A DNA stretch of 64,000 nucleotides from an uncultured virus (IMG/VR IMGVR_UViG_3300031628_000001) (Duplodnaviria > Heunggongvirae > Uroviricota > Caudoviricetes > Crassvirales), in IMG/VR virus record IMGVR_UViG_3300031628_000001, positions 1-64,000 of that record; one strand, written 5' to 3'. The notes below the pieces were generated by a model, which saw only the letters and a list, made by a program, of their open reading frames with translations, was not told where the DNA came from and ran no database searches. This document shows positions 47,401 through 55,400 of the stretch, one piece after another. The position numbers and the translations under genes were made by a program. The stretch's first letter is position 1. Each line of letters opens with the position of its first letter.

Positions 47401-49383
47401 TTTTTTAGCAAATGCTAATGCTTCTTGTAATGTTGCAAAGTCACGTTGCAATGATGCAGTATGACGTGCTCTTTCTTCTTTACCCTCAACAGTTTCATTT
47501 AGATATGGATATGCACCACCTTCATCATCTGATCCCCAATATACACCAGGCATGTATGTTTGATCAGGAAATTTATCTGATGCAGTTTTATGTAAATTAT
47601 ACATTTGTGACTTACCTTCTTTAGTAGACATATCTGGTAACCAAGGATACATTGTATTATATGTACCATCTGAAACTGAAAATTTAACACTAGGCCAAGT
47701 ATCTTTTTTAGATAGATCAATTTTAGATCCATCAACACCACCAGTAACAAGCATTTCATTTTGCAACTTTAGATATGTTTTTAGTTGTTCATCTGTCCAT
47801 TCACTTTGACTTTGAAACTTTGACAGAGAACCTCCATCTCTCATATGTGCAAATGTTGGAGTACCTCCAAATTGTTTATCTTTATCAAATTCTATATTTA
47901 ATGGTGTCTTTTTAAAGTTCTCATTTTTCTTCTTTTGTAAATTATCTTTCTTAGTTGTCTCATCAGGATATGTACATACTCCAGCATCCCATTCACCACC
48001 TGCATTTATACATATATTCTTATCTGCCATTTCTTGTTCAGCACGTTTTTGCTTAGATGGTCCAACTGAAATCTGAGTAGGATTTTCTTTATCAAAAGGA
48101 ACAAACTCATATTCTTTTTTTCCAGCATCACTCATTCCAGTATATATGTATGCTCCTGTAACTCCTGTTCCATCTTCAGTATGTTGAATGTGAACAGCAT
48201 CAGGCATGTATTCTGTTTCAACCATATCCCCTAACAACTTCTCTCCTGTGTAACTTATGTTACCTTCATTATCCATAGATGATATTTGATATAGTTCTGG
48301 AAATGCTGATGTTCTGTCAGTAGAGAACTTGTTATAATCATTAGAATTCTTCTGGCCATAGTTGAGCAGTGGTGCATCAGGATTATCTTGATCAAAGAAT
48401 CTTACATCATCATGTGGATTTGAAACTTTAAATTGTTGATAGTTACTTTTCTTATTATTATTATCCCAATTAGTAGTAAAGTCTTTCTTCGCACTTTTCA
48501 TCCAATTACCTATCTCTCCTAGAACACCTTGTGAAGGATCAGAGTTATACATCATAAATGGAGCTTCTGGGATTAAACTCTTTTGATATTTTTTTATTGC
48601 TCTTTTAGTTCTCCAGTTTTTATATTTATCTTTAAGTGATGAACCTGCTTCTTTAGGATTTGCTTCATCATATATATCTGTATTATTATCTTGACCTTGT
48701 TGAGCTAATATTGCTTCTCTTTCTTTTGCAGCTTGTAAATCTCTTTCTTTCTTTGCTGCCAACATATCATCTTCAAAAGGTAATCCTGTTACAGGATTTA
48801 TAGGATTTGTTTCATGTTGCTCTTGAGCCTTCCTTAAAGATCCACCATATGCAAATGAAGGTTGCATTTGTTCTTGTGGTGCAGGAGCTTGTTGTTGAGG
48901 AGGCATTGCTTGAGGTGGTGCACCTTGTTGCGGAGCCATTGGTTGTTGTTGAGACTCATTAAACACAGGCATCTGTTTCTGAGTTTGTATCTGTTCAACT
49001 TCTGCTTTATTTTGTTCAAACTCATTAGAGGATTCATCTTGTGCATATGAGTCTTTGTTAGACTTGATTGGACCACCTTCTTCCCACATATCACAAATAT
49101 TTTGAGATTCACATACAAACTCTTGATCCCAGCAGTATCCTTTATTATCTGACTTAGTATCTGCACACTTTTTTATCCTATTAGATATGTCAAAAAAGAT
49201 ACAATTTCCACATTTGCTTTCTGTATTTGATTTACTATAGTTAGATCTTACAATAGAACGTTCTCTATTATCTATATTTATCATGTCATCAGATATAGCT
49301 TCTGGACATGAGTTAACACTCTGAGTAGCACCACCTTGCTGGTAAACTTCTAAAGTTTTATTATCTGGAAATTCTTTTGCCAT
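44419..49383 (-). CDS. modular putative virion protein with GG linkers, 1654 aa
   Basis: Cys-rich N-terminus; AYGGSLRKAQ, RDGGSLSKFQ, KYGGSLPKAQ, KYGTELPRAQ and KYGGHLKAQ. Confidence 0.65.
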   Translation of the reverse strand: MAKEFPDNKTLEVYQQGGATQSVNSCPEAISDDMINIDNRERSIVRSNYSKSNTESKCGNCIFFDISNRIKKCADTKSDNKGYCWDQEFVCESQNICDMWEEGGPIKSNKDSYAQDESSNEFEQNKAEVEQIQTQKQMPVFNESQQQPMAPQQGAPPQAMPPQQQAPAPQEQMQPSFAYGGSLRKAQEQHETNPINPVTGLPFEDDMLAAKKERDLQAAKEREAILAQQGQDNNTDIYDEANPKEAGSSLKDKYKNWRTKRAIKKYQKSLIPEAPFMMYNSDPSQGVLGEIGNWMKSAKKDFTTNWDNNNKKSNYQQFKVSNPHDDVRFFDQDNPDAPLLNYGQKNSNDYNKFSTDRTSAFPELYQISSMDNEGNISYTGEKLLGDMVETEYMPDAVHIQHTEDGTGVTGAYIYTGMSDAGKKEYEFVPFDKENPTQISVGPSKQKRAEQEMADKNICINAGGEWDAGVCTYPDETTKKDNLQKKKNENFKKTPLNIEFDKDKQFGGTPTFAHMRDGGSLSKFQSQSEWTDEQLKTYLKLQNEMLVTGGVDGSKIDLSKKDTWPSVKFSVSDGTYNTMYPWLPDMSTKEGKSQMYNLHKTASDKFPDQTYMPGVYWGSDDEGGAYPYLNETVEGKEERARHTASLQRDFATLQEALAFAKKGGYNTEGLSVNGVPIQNVSNIGSSADDIDYGAEGNFNRRRLGINRSVGTDDLTGTVYDAAYKPYQEKLQKEYDNHYATKSGVDNWSMEKFMNEYDHSGYKQDWQEVTADNMEDAINYSGNQAFEGSMGGYGGGAIGYNSGNSEYIIGNDTLPNPQFQDHGRNKEMTTDMGYIPGLVGGMGGLKLGMNLAKYVGGFSVPYTQGALTFGNVANGMMATNGVVNTLPTAVNNFKEGDWEEGLMNTAFGLGEMTGFGNMGTNILPKTFNQVRGLNSTMPALNIKGQSKIMESLNANKNLRTFNANPLSKRPSQLGILKDYMKTNYTNKLINPNFAPKVFPTNYTQFPGVPGLKYGGSLPKAQIQNGAHDVAANYQVNPAQFDYDTNMPKEGAISAYGDVWQGGQWVDATVEEQGFNTPNSEQFGNVKTAFSDETGVTNRNANYDPDRAYPFSANAINKDIKSAAANSFDVRRKDIDMNTYKPEDGSINKSYGDIYNSESGNFDDNQFTPMFDQTDDFAFEGDNNTLSRRQLRDVRQDNRRQARAEDKGFGSYEDMQTDKSERKAEKRQRRKDKRDRWGETPGARMTNKVNYALDSNLGQLFQKGSKAAVEGAKIINNQFDGYNEDMESEKVFAGRSAGSMYGVTSSDALSRGEHDKNTGIFQPDDKVISRWGKYGTELPRAQGQMETASIYDIPNKDGSYNDQNWFTKANHGFSEGVYNDAQRTNHGVAPIVGGGIIGKMADVKSIYDFGKSAYDGVSNWINEEEVDEIAGTPEGYAMDMAKYGGHLKAQNQKETGLKEFCVNGPIIDSGGRVFSQCQNRDFDSKHDLSLYGTMSMGKLNDEFTSSFGLAPGYTFNPSGGTNGLKTYVGGNYGLRATEDSSVDDGLNGTTVDMDNYMKLLASVGYTGEVGGNNTQYGFGAYADKDLMGDNGTTYGGYANVGPVTFKGGINPNTGPQFSLGIGAHLKQRGGEQKQKTVSVNSDMYYELIAAGADIEII

Positions 49384-49417
49384 TTGCTCAATTAATTAAT
49401 ATTTAGCACTATACACT

Positions 49418-49431
49418 TATAATATACTAAA
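49418..49431 (-). promoter_or_regulatory. putative phage late-promoter motif TTTAGTATATTATA
   Basis: Exact copy of 12369-12382, 34 nt upstream of ATG 49383. Confidence 0.5.
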
Positions 49432-49462
49432 TTATTAGGACATTGTCTAATTATATCCATTC

Positions 49463-52400
49463 TTATATCATCCCTAGAGACTTTAAATGTTTAGTTCCTG
49501 CAGGTGTAAGTGTTCCTCCTTCTTCATATTTCTTTATCAATCTTTCAGTAAGCTTATCTACTTCACCTCCTTTCTTTTTTATATTTAAACCTTCATTAAA
49601 TTTAGTGATATATTCATTTGGAGTCTTATTTGACTGATTTGCTTTTGATCCATACTTAGTAGGGAATACTGATTCTAATGTATTACCGTCTCTTAGAACG
49701 TATCCTAGGTAGTCTCTTGTACCTTGTCTACCTATGAAGTTTACCAGTGCAGCAACTTCAGTTGTTGAGTATGGAAAGTCTGTTATTTGTGTGTTATACT
49801 CTTCATATAGATCTATACCACTTTGTTTTAATCCTGGTATATCTTTTATTTCTCCATTGTATCTTTGTTCAAATAAAGAGTTTTGAGCATCAAGATCTAC
49901 AGCAAATTCTTCTCTTGTTCCATCATATAATTTACCTTTCTTTACTTCAGAAAATCTTTGACCATATAATCCTGTTGCAGTAGATTGAGAATTAATCATC
50001 AACTCACCATTAAGACTTTCAGCATAACCAACACCTTGCTTTAAAAGATCTAAGTCTGGTTCATTGCTTGGTATCTCACCTTGAGTTGTACCTGTCCAAT
50101 CTATATCTTCTTTAGTTTCACCTACATATTGAGCTTTTACAGATCCTCCTTTATTAAATTTCCAATTAGGATCTTCTTTTAGTTTTTTGAAATAGTCTTC
50201 TATTGGTAATACATCTTGTGCGTTTCTAACTGTTGTTCCTTTTGTTCCAAATATTGGAGTTATCTGGTTACCATTAAAACTTGAATAATTTGGATTAACA
50301 ATTGATCCTTCTGGTATTAAACTTAAATCAGGCTTACCAGAGACTGTATTGAATATACCTGAACCAAGATGTGTAGGTATATCAAATTTACCAGTTGCTT
50401 CATTCCAAACTGAACCAGTGTTTCCACTGTACGGATATTGAGAATTGTTTAAAATATCTGTCCTATTATTAATTTGAGTTAAACTCTCAACAGCACCATT
50501 TGTTCTTGGCATTTTAACTATAAATTTTCCTTGATCTTTTTTTGCATATAAATTAAATAAATTATATGGATCATCAACACCTGAACCACCTATCCAACCT
50601 GCATTGGGTGTTGTAAATAAAACATCATATGGAGTGTTTTTTTGTAAGTCGGTATATCCTGTCCTTCTCCCATCTGCACCAGAATTGAGTGAAGGAATTG
50701 TAGTTCCAAACTTTTCAGCAGTTTGAATATCAGGAGCATTAACAGCTCTATATAGGGATGTGGGATCAGCAAAGGGTCTTGTTTTCAAATTTTGTTTAAC
50801 AAATTTCTGTTGTACAGGATCCCAAACTTCTGTTGGTATATCATCATCAAGTTCAAGCTGTGTTTTAGGTCTCCATGTTCCATTTTCAAGAGTAAGATTT
50901 TTTTCAGCTATCTCTGGATATAAAGATTGGTTATTATGCTGAAATGTTCTATACCATTCGTCCCAATCTTTTCCTTGACTCTGTCCATAATGAAATCTAG
51001 TATTACCATCCATTAGTCTTATAGGTTCATTTATTCCATACTGGCCTGGTTCTATAAATGTTCTAACTCTACTATCCATACCTTCATATAATCCACCTTC
51101 ATCAACAGTCCAGTTAGGATTTATCAAACTTGCAACACCAGCAGAATTTGGTTTTTGGTAACTATTAATTAATGGTTTTATTTTATGAGCCACATCAGTA
51201 GCTGACCTTCCTGGTATTACAAGTTTTGAAACAGGCTTAGCAACAGTCCATAATCCTTTAACAAAATCATATGTTTTTTTAGCTTTATCATAATATTGCA
51301 ATTGAGCTTTTGGTAGTGATCCTCCTTTTTGTCTATTCATGTTGGGGTTTTTTAGATTAAATCTACCATTGTTATTTGTTAGAGATTTTAGATAGTTACC
51401 TGGTATCTGGTTGTTAAGTGTTACATCTCCAAAACCACCATCATCTATATAGTTTAATCTTATATTATTTAAACCTGATTTTTCCATAAAGTCACCTACA
51501 TCTCCAGTTCCAAAACTTTGTCGTCCTGCTAAATTTCCCCCATTAAGAATTTTGTCATTTTCCCAAGCAGCTTCTTTAAACTCAAGTAATTTCTTATAGA
51601 TAGGATTAGCAACTATCTCATCATAGTTATTGTAAAAATCTTTATAACTTTGTAAGTGTTTATTTACATCATAACTTTCTAAACTACCACTGCCAGATGC
51701 CCATTGAAATCCTTCTGCATCCTTCTTTATGTTATTTTCTAAATTCTTTATATTTAGTTCAAGAGTCTTTTTTGTAGTACCTATAGAACTAAGATCTGTC
51801 CAATCATTACCTAGACCGTTTATATTTAAGTATTTGCTACCATCACTAACACTAGGTATTGCTAATTGAAGAATACTACTATTTGACCCTAATCTATAAT
51901 CGTTTGTATATAGTTTAGCTAAACCTTCATTTGCTGTAAATATACCTTTATTACCTGATTCTATATCTGCAGCTCCTGAATAAAGAGGATCTGTTAATTT
52001 CAAAGTACCTGACTCACCTCTGAATACTCTTTTATAACCTTCTGGATAAGAGTTTTTAAAGGCCTCACTATTTACTTGAATAAACTGTTGAGGTGTACCC
52101 CAGAAAGAAGTACCATCATCATTCTTCATCCATGTTGCATTTGCTTTAGTTGCCATTTCTATATCAGCATATTCACTTAATAAGTTTTTATTAGCTAATA
52201 TTGCAGGACTGACTTTACTCCAATCTATAATTGAGTTAACATTTTTAGGAGAAATAATATTCTTCACCTTCTTACCTAAGTCTAATGCACCTTTAATTAA
52301 TTTAGGAACTTGATGTTTAGTTAATGATCCTCCAGATTGCTTAACTGTATTAAGCCATTTTTTATAATCAGATAAAGTTTTGAAAGTTTGTTGATTTCCA

Positions 52401-55400
52401 AATTTACCTAAAAAATCTTCTGGAACTTCAAATTCTTTAAATAATGTTCCTGATTGAAATCCTGGTTCTTTACCTTGGTTACCAAATCCTATTCCTTTAT
52501 AAAATTCTGGTAGTAATTCATTTTCAACATCAATTTTAAAAACACTTCCATTAAAAGTTCTATCTGCTCTTTCACTGTATCTAAGTGGATCAAGTGGATC
52601 TGCTGAATAGTAACCCATGTCTTTATTACCAGCTGCATTTGTAGCCATATCACCATATCTATATAAAGTTGTTTTAGGATATTTACCACCGCCAACTTTA
52701 CCAATCTTTTCTACATAACTTCTTAAGTTATCTTGTGTTAGTGTTAAACCTGAATCTTTTTTTAGTTTTTCAACCTCTAACTGTGTAGGCCATCCTCCTT
52801 TTATATTATGTTTAACATTTCTATGACCATAATAATCTAAACCTGTACTAGATGTATAATTTGTCCTAAGTTTAACATTATCTAAAAAGTTTATTTTACT
52901 ATGATCTCCTACTGTATTTTGAGAAAGTATTCTTTTATAATTTCCTAACATATTCATTTTATATATGTTAGATTGACTTAAGAAAACAGGGTCAGTTGTA
53001 AACTGACTCCAGTCTGAATTATATCTATTACTAAAATCATTAACATCATTATTTATTTCAGCTATATAACCATCACCATATTTACTTGCTGTTTCAACAT
53101 TAGGAGTGAAAAAAGTTTTATTTCCAAAGTTCTTTGTTAAATTAAAAGCACCTTCATTTACTGCAGTTGGGTTTACATTTGATAGTATCTTACCAGTATT
53201 TACTGCACTATTATATCCAGCTGGTCCTATACCCCTATAGAGTTTATTACTACCTTGCACTAAATCATTAATAAAAGGACTCTTTATTGTATTTACTAAA
53301 CCCTTACCGATATTATATGCATTCTTTAGATTGTACCATTGAGCCTTAGGTAGTGATCCACCATATTTGAATTCAGGATTGTCAATGTGTACATCCATAT
53401 CATTGATCTTATTTATCTTAAACTTTTCTTTATTAAGTAATATATTTTCTATCTGATTACCATTTTGATCTACAAGTTGAATAGCATCATACCCATCTGC
53501 TTTAATTTTAGCAAGTTCTTTGTCTGACCATTTCTGGTGCATTGCATGATTACCTTTGGAGAGGTCACTCTTAAATATTTTAAACTTAGTATTAGGATTA
53601 AAAACACCATCAATCTTATTTTGAAAAGCATTTTTTGTTAAAAGTTTGTGATCCATTAGTGGATCATTGTAATTAGGCAATCCAGTTTCTAGATTAAGGT
53701 GGTAACCATCATTTGCCAGACCACCAAATGGCATTGTTGCTTCTGTAAATGGTATTTCATCAAAACCTGGTTTACCTGTATTACCAAGTCTTCCAGAACC
53801 TACTTGAAAAAGTCCACCTTGTCCAGGAATTGTTGGAATAAATTTATTATTATCATCTGTCATTCTATATCTATTACTTGTTGCAGTAGGACCAAACCAC
53901 ATAGGTTTGTTATCAGCATAAATAGAATTTAATGTCTCTGATAGATCCATACTAGTTCCTTCCTTCCCACTACTCATATGGGTTTGAGGAACAAGAGTAG
54001 AACCTGATTCAGTAAAAGGTAATAATTTTTGGTAGTTTATATTTTTAAAACTAGGTTTAGGAAGAAGTGATTTAGCTGGTTTAAATGATTTAGATATAGT
54101 ATTAGCTAAAGCATATGCATTCTTAGGATTCCACCATTGTGCTTTGTTTAGTGAGCCACCATCTCTCTTAAAATCTAACCATTCTTGTTTTGATATTGAG
54201 TTCTTGAATTCTTTATATGATTTAAACCCGTTTAATTCTGCTAGTTCTTGTTGAAGTCTAAGACCTTCACGTTGATTTTTATAGGTTTTCATTACCTTCT
54301 CCATTTCATTTACTTGTATGGTTTTTGGTAATTTTGCTAATATATCTAAGCTTCCTGATCTATCACCATTGCCCCATCTGTTGTTACTACTGTATAATCC
54401 ATGATTAGTTGTCATATTATCTCCCCAATTATATTCCATTCTTTCTATAGTAGATAATGGAGAACCAGAGTGTGCCTTACTCTGACCTCCTCCAAAAGGA
54501 TCTCCAAGATCCATATAAGAATGATCAAAATCTGGATGCATTGTTGTAATACCTGATTTTTTACCAGTAAAGGGGTGTACCCAATCAAAATCATGTCCTT
54601 GCCACTGATGAGGTTTATAGTGATCCGCAGTCTGTGTTAAAGATACATCATCTCCTTTACTATAGTTTTTTATCATATAGTCTCTCATTATCATTTCACC
54701 TTCTCCTGCATTAAAAAACTGATCTTTAGGATTTATCATATCATCCGTTGGTCTAGTATATGCTCCTTTTCCTCCTCTTGTAGAATATGAGTTTACAATA
54801 CTTTCAAAATCTTCATTATTAGTATTTTCAAATAGTTTTATATTTGTAATATTTGTTTCTTTTTTTATTTTCTTATATAACGTCTTATCTCTAGTCAAGA
54901 TTAATGAATTAGCAGGTATTTCAAAATTACCTTTAGAATAGAACCATGTATCAGTTGGATCAAGATCTAGGGCAAGTCCAGATTTTGACAAATTTTCATA
55001 ATCATTAATGATAGCTGTAGACTTCTTTGACCAACTTCCACCCCCATGTCCAGGATTACCTATATGACCATAAGACCAATGTGTGGTATTTCTATTTGTT
55101 GATTTTAAACGAAGAGGAAATTCCTCACCTCTGCTGTCTGATTTATAATGTGTATGTGGTTCTGTTGAACTAAATAATTTACCATCCGTAAATCTTAAAC
55201 CTTTAGAACTTAATACTCTTGTTAATGGTATTTTGTTCTTAAAGACATCTGATTGTAAACTAAATTTATTATCAGCATTTACAGTTTTGTTATTAGATAT
55301 TATATCATTACCTATGTTTATGTTTACATCTGTATTTATAGGAGTTACATAAGCTATTTTATTTTTTGGTATGATTGGAGCCTTTGATGCTTTAGGAATA

